Shown: positions 29,314-38,945 of the stretch, piece by piece
Layout: each line of letters begins with the position of its first letter
Numbering within the stretch: the first letter of the stretch is position 1
Source of the DNA: Bacillota bacterium
Lineage (GTDB): Bacteria > Bacillota > Clostridia > Christensenellales > SZUA-584
Length of the DNA: 64,000 nt
Direction of reading: 5' to 3'
Assembly: GCA_023408075.1 (NCBI GenBank)
Contig: JAEYKW010000015.1
Span: 319,170 to 383,169, forward strand
Made by a program: the position numbers and the translations under genes
The notes under the pieces: model-generated
Seen by the model: only the letters and a program-made list of their open reading frames with translations
What the model was told of the DNA's origin: nothing
Database searches by the model: none

Positions 29314-30450
29314 TCACGCGCCGGGAAACAGCGCGGCCCACGTTATCGGCCCGACGATGGCATCAACCTTCAAACCAAGCTCGCCCTGGCGCTTAGCGAC
29401 GGCAGACGCTGTTAATGTGCCAAAGATACCGTCGCAATCTTTTTCGGAAAAACCAAGAGCGCGCTGCAACGCTTTCACATCGTCGCCGCGCATATAATCA
29501 TTGCGCGACAGGTAACGCCTGTGAATATAGCCGATTTGCCCAGCATACAAGACTCTCATATAATCGCCGTTTTTAAAAATATATGTAACAACGGCACCTT
29601 TTGAAATGCGCGATACCGTTTCTCCGTTTGGCGTCTTTTGGAGTTTGGTATTGCTCGTGTTGACCGTATACGTCATCTTCAGCAGACGTTTTAACTTCGG
29701 AGCGGGCTTCTGCGGTTCTCCAGGCAGATGAGCGCTTTCTTCGCCTAACAGCATGTTCCAAGTTGTTTTATTGATGGCTGTACCGTCGCCACTGATACCC
29801 GCTTTAGATTGGAACGCCGCAAGCGCCGCCGATGTCTTCGGGCCCCAGTCGCCATCACAGCGGAGCTCAGCACTGTTGAAATTAAGCCACGCCTGCATGA
29901 TCCGCACATCCATCTCGCTGGCCGTCGTCTGCCCTATGATAGGCACCGGATACTCAGCGGCATCAGCTTTAAGGCGTATAACCGCAACAATGGAGCCATC
30001 GCCGTATGAAATATCGGCAAGGCAAGCGTTTTCTCCCGGCTGCCTGGTATGGATGATTTGAGACGGATTGTCGCAACAAGATACATGCGTGATCATGTTC
30101 TTTCTGTCGGTATTTTTGTCCCGACAATAAAAGATGATGTCGCCGGGCTCCCATGCAAACGTTTTATAAAAACCTTTAGGAGCCCAATAACCGCTTTTTC
30201 CGATATGGTCATACGAATCAGGAAATTTGAGATCAAACCCCTGCGCATAAACCTCGTACATGCTGGTCATGCTCTCGATTCCCCGCAGCGGGAACAGTCC
30301 GGCAAGGTACATCGCATAGACATAGCCAGAACAATCCGTCTTCCCTTTTTTGAACCAATCGTAGCGGTATTCTTTGCTGTACTCCATGCCGATCATGGCG
30401 TTCGCCCAGCGGAGCACCCTCTTAATAATTCTTTCTCTTGCTGTTTCCAT
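29314..30450 (-). CDS. Endolysin: NlpC/P60-type endopeptidase plus peptidoglycan-binding and SH3-like domains
   Basis: GTGAGGA RBS then METARER. Catalytic Cys context KTDCSGYVYAMY and downstream ITHVSC. Two PG_binding_1-like repeats (DGDWGPKTSAALAAFQ, DGIFGTLTASAVAKRQ). Confidence 0.8.
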   Translation of the reverse strand: METARERIIKRVLRWANAMIGMEYSKEYRYDWFKKGKTDCSGYVYAMYLAGLFPLRGIESMTSMYEVYAQGFDLKFPDSYDHIGKSGYWAPKGFYKTFAWEPGDIIFYCRDKNTDRKNMITHVSCCDNPSQIIHTRQPGENACLADISYGDGSIVAVIRLKADAAEYPVPIIGQTTASEMDVRIMQAWLNFNSAELRCDGDWGPKTSAALAAFQSKAGISGDGTAINKTTWNMLLGEESAHLPGEPQKPAPKLKRLLKMTYTVNTSNTKLQKTPNGETVSRISKGAVVTYIFKNGDYMRVLYAGQIGYIHRRYLSRNDYMRGDDVKALQRALGFSEKDCDGIFGTLTASAVAKRQGELGLKVDAIVGPITWAALFPGA

Positions 30451-30514
30451 CGTTATCCTCACTTTCACATAATAAAAAAAGGCTTCAAGCCTTTTTCAAA
30501 AACACAATCACTGT

Positions 30515-31051
30515 TTAAGCCTCTTCAACTGCATTAAGTATCTCACGAATCCGAGCCTGATTTTGAGCGGCTTCTGCGTCCAATGCGCTGATATCTTTGT
30601 CGAACTCAGCGCCCATTCGTTGAGCGCGTCCATACTGTGCGACCTGTATGTCATACCAATGAAACCATTGGTACAGTTCCGTGAGCTCGTGCAGCAACCA
30701 TACTTTCGGATCAGGTTGCTGCGGTTCCGGCTCTTGTTCGAGACCCGCCACGATTTTTTCATCATGCGTCATTTCGCGGATGTCTTCACCATCAATCACG
30801 CAGCCATCTGGCACCGTGAAGAAACCGTCATCGACCCTCTGTTGAAGCGGCTTAAGAATCCACTCCTCGGTATATTCTCCGATGTACCGTCCATTTTCAA
30901 TTTTAGAATGCCGCATCTCACTAACTGAGAAAACTTCCTGTCCCGCGAATAATGGCGATTCGGCAAATGTTCCGGATGTGATATGAAAAGATGATTCATG
31001 TACGCCCGTGATCCGTCCCCCGTCAACTGTTATTGCATAATGCATAATCAT
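30515..31051 (-). CDS. Tail-fibre-associated hypothetical protein (possible fibre chaperone)
   Basis: ATGA overlap with the upstream fibre gene. Position corresponds to XkdW/XkdX-type genes. No firm motif. Confidence 0.35.
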   Translation of the reverse strand: MIMHYAITVDGGRITGVHESSFHITSGTFAESPLFAGQEVFSVSEMRHSKIENGRYIGEYTEEWILKPLQQRVDDGFFTVPDGCVIDGEDIREMTHDEKIVAGLEQEPEPQQPDPKVWLLHELTELYQWFHWYDIQVAQYGRAQRMGAEFDKDISALDAEAAQNQARIREILNAVEEA

Positions 31052-32508
31052 GCCGTCCTTTCCCAAGCATAAAAAGCTTTATATGGTGGTAGATTACCGC
31101 TGTTACCTGTACCCGTGGTTCCAGTTATTCCGGCACCCACCCCACCATTTCCACCATATGAGCCGTCTTTTTGAAACCTTGCAGTATGCGCAGTTGGTGT
31201 ATCTACAAAAATATTACCGGATACCACTCCCGTATCAAGCGATACCCTTACCGTATGTTCATGTGCCGCAAGTGCTGCATTGCCGCCCGTACTTCCTACA
31301 GGATAAACATCACCGGCGAAAAGCGGAAATACATCTTTTATTTGCGTCCATACACCACCGAAGCGCGATGCAGGAGATGTTGAGTTTCTCGAAATAAAAA
31401 CATCTCCGACATCGAAACGGGAGTTGCTGACAACCTTTGCTTCCAGCGCACCTATTCGAATCGTGTTTTCTTTGGTTTGTTTCTCCGTCGTAACTGCGAT
31501 CTGCCCAAAAGTAATATTGAGATCATAAGGCTTTCCGGCTTCCCAAACGGGTTCTGCTCGGACAACGCGCAGACTTTGCCCCATTATTGTCACGATGTCA
31601 CCAAGAAAATAATCAACACCGAATTCAAACGGACCGTTTAAAACATCCACGCTGAACGTGTAGCTATTTTCTTCGGTGACAATGGCCGCCTTACCATACA
31701 CCTGCATTTCTAAAAAATCGGCCGTATTCCCAGCGTCCACAGCTGTTTCTCGGCGAGATACACCCGTTGCGCTTCCATACTGACCGATTACACGAGCGCC
31801 AGTAGAATCAACACCCAAAACATAGGCAAAATTCTTTATGCTTGTATTCCCGTCATTCTCTTCTCCGGATCGTATGTTATTGAATTTAAAATCAAAAATA
31901 ACAGGACCATTTCCTTGACCGTTGCCAACGCTTCGATCAGAACCCTCGTAAATATCGATGACGACCTTTTTGTTATCGGCATCCAGAATCCATTTGATCC
32001 CGAGGCCGTCGATAGCAAGCAGTGTCATTATGTCGGCATCAAGCTGGGTTTGGTTTATCGTTACGTTGATCGTACTGCCCCTATCCTCATCCGATGCGAT
32101 TTCAATAAACGAAATATTGCGGTCAGTATCCGTGGCGCTTACAAGAGCCTTGGCCAGCAGGTCTTTCACGATATACTCAACCGTCTTTGCTGTATAGGTG
32201 ATTGGTGCCGTCGTCGTGTTCGATAATCGGCCGGCAGCGAGCCAGAGTACGTTTTTTGCTGTGACTGAAACCGTCTTGCCCTTCTCATCGTATTGCTTTG
32301 GCTCCTCTGTGATGATGAAAAGCTTTTCCAGATCATCATCCACATAAAACCAAGAGCCCTTTATCAGCTTGTCCGCATTGTTCTTGTTGGTCTTTATGGT
32401 TATCGAAGCACTCGACGTGTCGCCATGGACCAGCGATGCATAACAGCTTTCATAATTGTCGATCAGCCCGGAAAATGTGAGAGTGCTATCAAAAATCTTA
32501 ATATCCAT
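31048..32508 (-). CDS. Tail/baseplate protein (Gp37-like host-specificity protein)
   Basis: 486 aa. The N-terminus MDIKIFDSTLTFSGLIDNYES... resembles the siphovirus Gp37-like family as I recall. Gly-rich C-terminus. Confidence 0.55.
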   Translation of the reverse strand: MDIKIFDSTLTFSGLIDNYESCYASLVHGDTSSASITIKTNKNNADKLIKGSWFYVDDDLEKLFIITEEPKQYDEKGKTVSVTAKNVLWLAAGRLSNTTTAPITYTAKTVEYIVKDLLAKALVSATDTDRNISFIEIASDEDRGSTINVTINQTQLDADIMTLLAIDGLGIKWILDADNKKVVIDIYEGSDRSVGNGQGNGPVIFDFKFNNIRSGEENDGNTSIKNFAYVLGVDSTGARVIGQYGSATGVSRRETAVDAGNTADFLEMQVYGKAAIVTEENSYTFSVDVLNGPFEFGVDYFLGDIVTIMGQSLRVVRAEPVWEAGKPYDLNITFGQIAVTTEKQTKENTIRIGALEAKVVSNSRFDVGDVFISRNSTSPASRFGGVWTQIKDVFPLFAGDVYPVGSTGGNAALAAHEHTVRVSLDTGVVSGNIFVDTPTAHTARFQKDGSYGGNGGVGAGITGTTGTGNSGNLPPYKAFYAWERTA

Positions 32509-32510
32509 AA

Positions 32511-33422
32511 CTATCTCACAAACACGTCAATACGATCGATGGATGTTCCCATGGCCGAATAGCACTTGAGGTTTGTCGGTGATGTGATTTCAAAAACCCT
32601 GTAGTGCAACGTCGAACCATACATATGTTGGATTAGTATCAAGCCACGATTCGTAATAGCTAAACCTGTTGCGGGGTTGAGCGGAATAACAGCTGACCGA
32701 AACATAGCACTGTCTGCAGAATTTGCAGTGTAGATCATAAGCTCGTTATACCCGATTAACGAAGGAATGGAGACGTTCACTGCTGTAGATGTATCAATCG
32801 CTGCGAAGTTAACAATTTTTGTCCAGACTCTCTTCAGCATGATTTCTTGCAGCGCCGCTTCCACATTTTCTGCCGTGAAATATCCGCCCGCGTCGGATAT
32901 CGCAACATTACCGGCACTAAGTGGAACCGGCGCATAAGTCAGCACCCGCCGATCCGTGTACGTAAAGCTCGTACTGGCTGTTGCTCCTGCGGGTATGCGA
33001 ACGTTAGCAAGGGGCATCTGGTATTGTGTCGCCGTTTGCGTGAGGCTGGGCAACTCCGGGGATACCGCTGCTGTGCCCTTTACGATCACAATGCGAGAAT
33101 TGCGCACCCCTGCCGTCGTGTTGACTTCGAGCGCCACGATATCATAACGCGGGTTTGTCACATCGGCGGGATCGTGGGTGACCTGCTCAGCTGCCGAATA
33201 TATTTCCGAACGGATACCCTCGGTATAAGCGACACCGAGTGCCACCTGGGATTTCATCGTCGCAGCCACAGCAGAAACCTGCATTGACGTGCCCAGCGCT
33301 GCGCCTCGCGTCGCGATACCGTTGGTGAATATCTCTCTGAAATTCGCATTGTAATCAGAATAATAATATGGTCTGTCCGTACCGGACGTCGGGTAAAATG
33401 ATCCTTTAATAGACATGCTCAA
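32511..33422 (-). CDS. Tail fibre / receptor-binding candidate
   Basis: 303 aa, in the structural-module position between the distal tail protein and the Gp37-like protein. Confidence 0.4.
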   Translation of the reverse strand: MSMSIKGSFYPTSGTDRPYYYSDYNANFREIFTNGIATRGAALGTSMQVSAVAATMKSQVALGVAYTEGIRSEIYSAAEQVTHDPADVTNPRYDIVALEVNTTAGVRNSRIVIVKGTAAVSPELPSLTQTATQYQMPLANVRIPAGATASTSFTYTDRRVLTYAPVPLSAGNVAISDAGGYFTAENVEAALQEIMLKRVWTKIVNFAAIDTSTAVNVSIPSLIGYNELMIYTANSADSAMFRSAVIPLNPATGLAITNRGLILIQHMYGSTLHYRVFEITSPTNLKCYSAMGTSIDRIDVFVR

Positions 33423-34312
33423 ACCCCCAAATAAAGATTTTTATATTTCAAAGTGACAGCTGCTTGATCAGCGCCAGAGTCAGCGGAAAGCGACACCGTG
33501 CAGTTTCCAACCGGCAGACTAAAAAAAACGCTGTCCGGGTCAACGATTGAAAAGTCTTTTACTCTCGCTCCGGTCGATATGGTTTCAATATAAACGTTCT
33601 TGTCACCATAGCCGGTGGTGATGATGAGTTTTTGGTCGGACGCCAGCACCCCGTTGAGTTCGATATATTCGCCGGTATCCACCAAAGTAATGCGCGGCTT
33701 TGTCGCCGCTCCGACCCATTCTATGATGAGCGGCGCAGGCACGTCGCCGATATTGTCGATGACTGTGCTTGCGCTTTCGATCGCTCCCAAATAAAACGGA
33801 GTCCCTGAATAGAAATACTCTGAATCATTCCAAAAGAACGGATCAGTTAAGCCGACCAGCTCCACGCTTGCTTCCTCGATATCGTGCCAAAAGGGATCAA
33901 AAGCCGTCATGCTCACGACGCCGATCATAGAATGGTAACCGAAGTTATCCCTGTCAGTAGAGAACGCGGGCTCTGCGTCGATCTTGACGGCCATTTCAAT
34001 ACCCTCTGTATAAAAGTCGTTCTCATAGATAAGCTTGCCGGGGCTTAGCTTGGGATTCATAATCCGTTTTACCGATCGGCGTTTCTGAAACATGTCGGCA
34101 TAACCGTTGCCCATAATGATGCACGATGCCGTGACATCACGCATTTCAGTGAAAGCGGCCTCATAGTTGTACCCATCCTGTTGATACCCTTTGGAGGTTT
34201 GCGCCGTGTCAACCAACGGCGACATACTAAAGGATTTGAGCCTGTTCTGTGCCGAATTTGACGCCCAAGTTATTGATTCGCCAAGCGAATTAGTGTATAT
34301 GATCTTTTCCAT
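33419..34312 (-). CDS. Distal tail protein (Dit, siphovirus tail component)
   Basis: Immediately downstream of the tape measure (1-nt gap). The N-terminus MEKIIYTNSLGESITW... is typical of phage tail family proteins. Confidence 0.65.
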   Translation of the reverse strand: MEKIIYTNSLGESITWASNSAQNRLKSFSMSPLVDTAQTSKGYQQDGYNYEAAFTEMRDVTASCIIMGNGYADMFQKRRSVKRIMNPKLSPGKLIYENDFYTEGIEMAVKIDAEPAFSTDRDNFGYHSMIGVVSMTAFDPFWHDIEEASVELVGLTDPFFWNDSEYFYSGTPFYLGAIESASTVIDNIGDVPAPLIIEWVGAATKPRITLVDTGEYIELNGVLASDQKLIITTGYGDKNVYIETISTGARVKDFSIVDPDSVFFSLPVGNCTVSLSADSGADQAAVTLKYKNLYLGV

Positions 34313-34313
34313 C

Positions 34314-36179
34314 TTACGCCCTCGCCCTTAGTACACTCTGTTTTCTTGCCGACCTAAACACTTCGTAAGGTGACGGGTTATTGTTATTGTAAATATTGTA
34401 GGTATTCCCCGTCTTGCCGGAGCCCATCGACGCAGTATCCGAGGCTGTGTGAACATATGCCCCGGACGGCAGCGTGACCGCTTCGGGTCCTTCTTCTCCA
34501 ACCACATACGTACCAGCCTCATTAATTGGCCCGCCGTCAGCTTTAAACAGCCCAATGATCCAATCAATGGCACCGCCGAAAATCTCAAACAGCCATTTTA
34601 TCGGCGTCACAATAATCTCTATCAATGCCCCGATTGGTTTAAGAATCGGTGCCAGCAGTTCTAAAACACCAGCTATTGCACTAATCAGCGGTTCTAAGGC
34701 AGGCAGCAGCGTTTGCGCCAAAATTCCAACCATATCAAATACGGGTGACAATGCATCGAATACAGTTGATACCAAGTCAATGATCGGCGGCAAAATGGTA
34801 TCAATGATCACGTTGAGCAGTTTGGTGATGGGCGGCAGCAGCTTCTCAATGAGTGATTTGAAAATGGTCATGAGCGGCGGAAGGATAGTCTGAACAAACG
34901 TATTAAACATATCCATCAGCGGCGGAAGGATCGTATCAATGACGCTCTGAAATAAATCCATCAGCGGCGGCAACAGATTCTCTATTAAGGCTTTAAAGAC
35001 CGTTTCCAGCACCGGAAGGATTTGCTCAGAAAATACTCGGAACAGCTCCATCAAAGGCGGCATGATGCTGGCTATGATCGTCTGGAACAACCCGATGAGC
35101 GGCGGAAGGAGGCCTTCAATAAATGTCGTGAACATCTCCGCCAGTGGCGGCAGTATATCCTCCGTGAAAACCTTAAACAGTTCCATGAGCGGCGGCATCA
35201 CAACGGATAGAATTTCGGTAAATATCGTCAAGAGTGATCCGATCAGGGCCAGTATCGGCTCGAGCGCCGTCATAAGTGGGGGCAGCACGTCTTCAATTAA
35301 TATATTAAAGAGATCCATGAGCGGCGGCATAAGCGTGTTTACGAGCTCCCCAAAAGCGCCGATTATCATCGTGAAAAGTGGAGCCATAGCCGCCATGATG
35401 CCGGGAAGAGATTCCATCAAGACATTGATCAGGCCCGTCACAACCGGCATAAGGGTTGATAGGGCCGACGTGAGCCCGCTTGAAACCGTCGTTTGAAGCT
35501 GTGACAGCGTATCGCTGAGCGTGGCTCCGGCTTCGACAGTGTCCTCACCCAGCACAATACCAAGATCATTTGCCTCTGTTTTCATAGCCGAAATGCCATC
35601 TGCGCCCATTTCAAATACGGCACCGAGCTCGGTTGCCGACCGTCCGAGAAGCGCACTGGCAAGCGCCGTGCGCTCTGTCTCATTGGTCATACCTGATAAA
35701 CCTGAGATCGTCTCGCTTAAAAGCGTCTCCTGATCTTTTAGATTCCCGCTCGAATCCGTGACCGAAATCCCAAGCCTTTTAAACGCATCTGCATACTGGC
35801 CTGTACCGCCTACCGCATCCTGTGCCGCCTTTGCCAAAGTCTTCACGCCCACCTGCAGCGTTGAAATATCCGCACCGTTCTGTGACAAGATATAATTCCA
35901 TTCCTGATACGCTTTCGTGGAGATGCCTATTTTATCAGAATTTTCGCTGATATCATCACTGGCCGAGGCCACTTTGGTAACGAGCGCGGACACGGCGGTT
36001 CCGGCAGCAGCAACGCCGGAAACGATCGCCGCGCCCGATTTTAAAATGCTTGCGCCTGTCGAGCCAAATGATCTGGATGTCTTCTCCCCGGCAGAGTTCA
36101 TGCTTGCAAGGTCTTTATGAACGGTATCGGTGCCCTTCATCAAGGCTTCGCCGTATACCTCAAACAGTTTAACTGCCAC
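34314..36179 (-). CDS. Tail tape measure protein
   Basis: 621 aa, follows the frameshifted chaperone. Ala/Gly/Ser-rich helical N-terminal part and 12 or more tandem 15-aa LPPLMxLF repeats. Confidence 0.85.
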   Translation of the reverse strand: MAVKLFEVYGEALMKGTDTVHKDLASMNSAGEKTSRSFGSTGASILKSGAAIVSGVAAAGTAVSALVTKVASASDDISENSDKIGISTKAYQEWNYILSQNGADISTLQVGVKTLAKAAQDAVGGTGQYADAFKRLGISVTDSSGNLKDQETLLSETISGLSGMTNETERTALASALLGRSATELGAVFEMGADGISAMKTEANDLGIVLGEDTVEAGATLSDTLSQLQTTVSSGLTSALSTLMPVVTGLINVLMESLPGIMAAMAPLFTMIIGAFGELVNTLMPPLMDLFNILIEDVLPPLMTALEPILALIGSLLTIFTEILSVVMPPLMELFKVFTEDILPPLAEMFTTFIEGLLPPLIGLFQTIIASIMPPLMELFRVFSEQILPVLETVFKALIENLLPPLMDLFQSVIDTILPPLMDMFNTFVQTILPPLMTIFKSLIEKLLPPITKLLNVIIDTILPPIIDLVSTVFDALSPVFDMVGILAQTLLPALEPLISAIAGVLELLAPILKPIGALIEIIVTPIKWLFEIFGGAIDWIIGLFKADGGPINEAGTYVVGEEGPEAVTLPSGAYVHTASDTASMGSGKTGNTYNIYNNNNPSPYEVFRSARKQSVLRARA

Positions 36180-36845
36180 GTCGTTTCATCCTCTCGTATG
36201 CTTTTTGGGCGGTTTGCTCAACATCATCCCATTTTGTCGCTTTGGTTTGCTTTTGCGCCCGCCACCGTTTCTTGAAATCATTTAAAGTCATGAGCTTTGG
36301 CCGCTTTCCAAACATTTTATTGTTCGGCAGCGCGTTCCACCCGGCAAAATACGCAAGCCACTGTTGTTCAATAAACTTCTCTTGATTCTTCTCGATATCA
36401 TAGGCGTACAAATCAAAAACGAGCCTGTAATGCTCGTTTTGAATGCGATTTGTGAATGCGAAATGCAGAAATCCGGTTATTTCAGCGCCGCGAACATGTC
36501 CGCAACCGTACGCTGCGCAGACATAAAAAAATCGCGGAAGTCCTCGTGCTCAAAGACTGCCTTGCGAAGCGTCTCATAGTCCTTAAATCCCATCTTCTCA
36601 ATGTCTTTCGCGCCGGTCACGTCGGACAGAAAAGCATTGATTTCCCGCTCAGCATAACCGGTATTTTTGAAAATAAGCCCAATGAGCTGCTTTGTCTGAG
36701 CCGCTTGAGCCTCTGCGCTCTTCATGAGATCAGCGACCTCTTTTTGCTCTTTTTGTGCCATGTCCTCGATCACATCCGCATACCCAACCGCTTTGAGAAC
36801 GCGAATAAAAAGACTCACAGAGTGAGCCGTGAAGTTAACCGTCAT
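36169..36845 (-). CDS. Tail assembly chaperone, -1 frameshift fusion product (gpGT-like, ~225 aa)
   Basis: The -1 frame is open from the slippery run (36525-36531) to the stop at 36169. Hand translation joins ...EDFRDFF to YVCAAYG...LYAYDIEKNQ... Confidence 0.65.
36477..36845 (-). CDS. Tail assembly chaperone (gpG-like, zero-frame product)
   Basis: 122-aa acidic protein between the major tail protein and the tape measure. Confidence 0.75.
   Translation of the reverse strand: MTVNFTAHSVSLFIRVLKAVGYADVIEDMAQKEQKEVADLMKSAEAQAAQTKQLIGLIFKNTGYAEREINAFLSDVTGAKDIEKMGFKDYETLRKAVFEHEDFRDFFMSAQRTVADMFAALK
36525..36531 (-). other. Slippery heptanucleotide T_TTT_TTT for programmed -1 ribosomal frameshifting
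   Basis: The minus strand reads GAT TTT TTT ATG in the G frame. Seven consecutive T (A on the plus strand). Confidence 0.65.
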
Positions 36846-37026
36846 TTTGATCTCCCTTCTCTATAGGCTTTTTCGCCGCAAGCTTCTGAGATTTGTACCC
36901 TGCCCGTTTGAGCAGATCGATCTCTGTTTTATCGTCTGTATCATAGACGCCATCAATAAAGCGGGCGACAAAATATACACCGCCGCCGTCCGCGAACTGG
37001 ACTTTCCCATCACCGAAGAATCTCAT
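36835..37026 (-). CDS. Hypothetical small phage protein
   Basis: MRFFGDGKVQFADGGG... Lies between the major tail protein and the chaperone. Confidence 0.4.
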   Translation of the reverse strand: MRFFGDGKVQFADGGGVYFVARFIDGVYDTDDKTEIDLLKRAGYKSQKLAAKKPIEKGDQNDG

Positions 37027-37036
37027 ACCCGCACCT

Positions 37037-37828
37037 CTACGCTGCGTCCATGGTAATCGAGATTGCTTCCGTGGCCGCGTCGATCGTTGCGGTTCCACTC
37101 ACAGCCGCATAACCGGTCTTGGTTGCTGTGTAACCAACCTTCCCAAACGTGCAGGCGAACACCACAACTCCGGATTCGTTCGTTATACCCGTCTGTCCAT
37201 CGTCAAGAACGACAGCCGCGCCCGCAATCGCTGCAGGTGTTTCGGCGTCATCGGTAATCGTGAATGTGACGGTGGCCGCTTCGAACTCAATCACATACGG
37301 ATAGGTCTCTTCATCCTCGGGATCGAAGGTTTCAGGATCGATATGGCCGGTGAATATCACTTCCGGCACAATTTCCTCGCCCTTTGCCATGGAAAGTGTA
37401 AAAGGGTTGTCACCCAAAGCGTTTTTAACGATGACGGCCATGCAGTTTCCGCTTCTATCCTGCCCCACCCACGCCACATTCTTGATATAACTCTGCGAAA
37501 GGTTGATCGTCCGATAGACGCTCTGGATGCCCGCTGTCACCGCTCCGGCCATCATGCCGGCATAATACTTGAGAAAGTTCTGGACGTTGATTTTCAGTGA
37601 TCTCACAGTCAGCTGCGGGCGCATCATCACCATATCGCGTGCGCCCTTCACCGGCGCAATGTCCGAATCGGCTTCACGTTCGCGAAACTCCACATTGTCG
37701 TTGAACTCGTTCCCGCCCTTCGTCAGCCCCACAAGAAACTCGTCAGGCTCCCGGTAATTAAAATAGACGGCTCCCGGTCCCAAGAACTCATTATCAGGCT
37801 GCCCCGAGCCCGGCCATGCTTTATTCAT
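37037..37828 (-). CDS. Major tail protein with a C-terminal Ig-like/decoration domain
   Basis: Position upstream of the chaperones. 263 aa with a C-terminal TVTFTITDD...GAAVVLDDGQTGITNESGVVVF beta-sandwich-like segment. Confidence 0.7.
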   Translation of the reverse strand: MNKAWPGSGQPDNEFLGPGAVYFNYREPDEFLVGLTKGGNEFNDNVEFREREADSDIAPVKGARDMVMMRPQLTVRSLKINVQNFLKYYAGMMAGAVTAGIQSVYRTINLSQSYIKNVAWVGQDRSGNCMAVIVKNALGDNPFTLSMAKGEEIVPEVIFTGHIDPETFDPEDEETYPYVIEFEAATVTFTITDDAETPAAIAGAAVVLDDGQTGITNESGVVVFACTFGKVGYTATKTGYAAVSGTATIDAATEAISITMDAA

Positions 37829-37842
37829 TGCTTTTCTCCTTT

Positions 37843-38226
37843 TTATTTAAATCTTGTTTTTAAAAGGTATGTCATACGTGTCCGCCGTACAAACTCATCC
37901 GAGTCAGGCACATCCCCGATGATACCGCGCTGCGCCCACGCAGAAAGCTTGTTGGTTGTGATATGGTTATTCGCCATGGCCGCATCAATCTGCGTCACAG
38001 CAGCCTCTAGATTTGTGCTGTCCGGGTTATTATCCCAGACATTGATCGTCAGCGTCAGGTTGACATCGTCGCTGGTGTCGATCAACGTTTCAGCACTTGG
38101 TGTAATGTCGAAAACGGCATAAGGATAGGCCACGTTATCAGGCGGCTTCTTGGCATGGCATGGAATATCCACGTTATCGAGCACATCCCCCACAGCCGCA
38201 TATACAGCATCACGTTTAATCGACAT
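37843..38226 (-). CDS. Tail completion / tail terminator-like protein
   Basis: Synteny between the HK97 gp10-like and major tail genes. 127 aa. Confidence 0.5.
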   Translation of the reverse strand: MSIKRDAVYAAVGDVLDNVDIPCHAKKPPDNVAYPYAVFDITPSAETLIDTSDDVNLTLTINVWDNNPDSTNLEAAVTQIDAAMANNHITTNKLSAWAQRGIIGDVPDSDEFVRRTRMTYLLKTRFK

Positions 38227-38596
38227 GTTGGTGATACTCCTTTTCAACGATCTCCTGAATTTCTTTCGCGTTTTCCTCAAAAGCAGGCTGGATATGTGGG
38301 TAAGCCGGAGCCGTTCGCGTCCCTGTTTCCAGAAACACGCCTAAGAGATCGTCCGTGCCCACGATAGCTCGCCCATCACCGTATGAAGACTTTATTGTCT
38401 CACGGTACGTGCCTGGGTCTCTTTCCTTTGGCTCCCTCTGTTTCGACGTATACACACCGTCAGCCGATGTTTTGCTTTGTACAGGCGCTCTATCCCGCGC
38501 TTTTTGCCGAGCAAAGTCGGCTATCTCTTCAAGCGCCGCATCGTTCGCTCTGTCGATCATATCCTCAACGTCCGTCAAATACGATTTAAACCCCAT
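38216..38596 (-). CDS. HK97 gp10-family head-tail joining protein
   Basis: 126 aa. The C-terminal TRTAPAYPHIQPAFEEN resembles the gp10 family (recollection). Synteny supports it. Confidence 0.55.
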   Translation of the reverse strand: MGFKSYLTDVEDMIDRANDAALEEIADFARQKARDRAPVQSKTSADGVYTSKQREPKERDPGTYRETIKSSYGDGRAIVGTDDLLGVFLETGTRTAPAYPHIQPAFEENAKEIQEIVEKEYHQHVD

Positions 38597-38945
38597 CGCT
38601 CAGACCCTCCGGCGGCTTTATCCTCAGCTTCCCGGTAATTAACAGGCTGCGCCGCGCATAATCCTGCTGGATAGGCGCGAGAATGTCATACCACTCGCCG
38701 CGGTCATCCAATATGACCATATCCGAAGTGATAGTCGTATCGCTGTCATACCTGATCACAAACTGCACGCTGACCGAACTTGTAAGCACCTGCGCCTGCC
38801 ACGTTTCCGCGCTGCTGAGCAGCTTCTTCTGCGCATGAACCGTTCTGAACAAGGACCAATGCGTGACCGACTCATGCATGGCGTTCTTTGTGTCGTCATC
38901 TTTGGAATAGATTTTAATGATCGTCTTTAGCGCCCCAGCCCTCAT
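38586..38945 (-). CDS. Head-tail adaptor / head closure protein
   Basis: 119 aa, in the synteny position after the gp6-like connector. Confidence 0.55.
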   Translation of the reverse strand: MRAGALKTIIKIYSKDDDTKNAMHESVTHWSLFRTVHAQKKLLSSAETWQAQVLTSSVSVQFVIRYDSDTTITSDMVILDDRGEWYDILAPIQQDYARRSLLITGKLRIKPPEGLSDGV

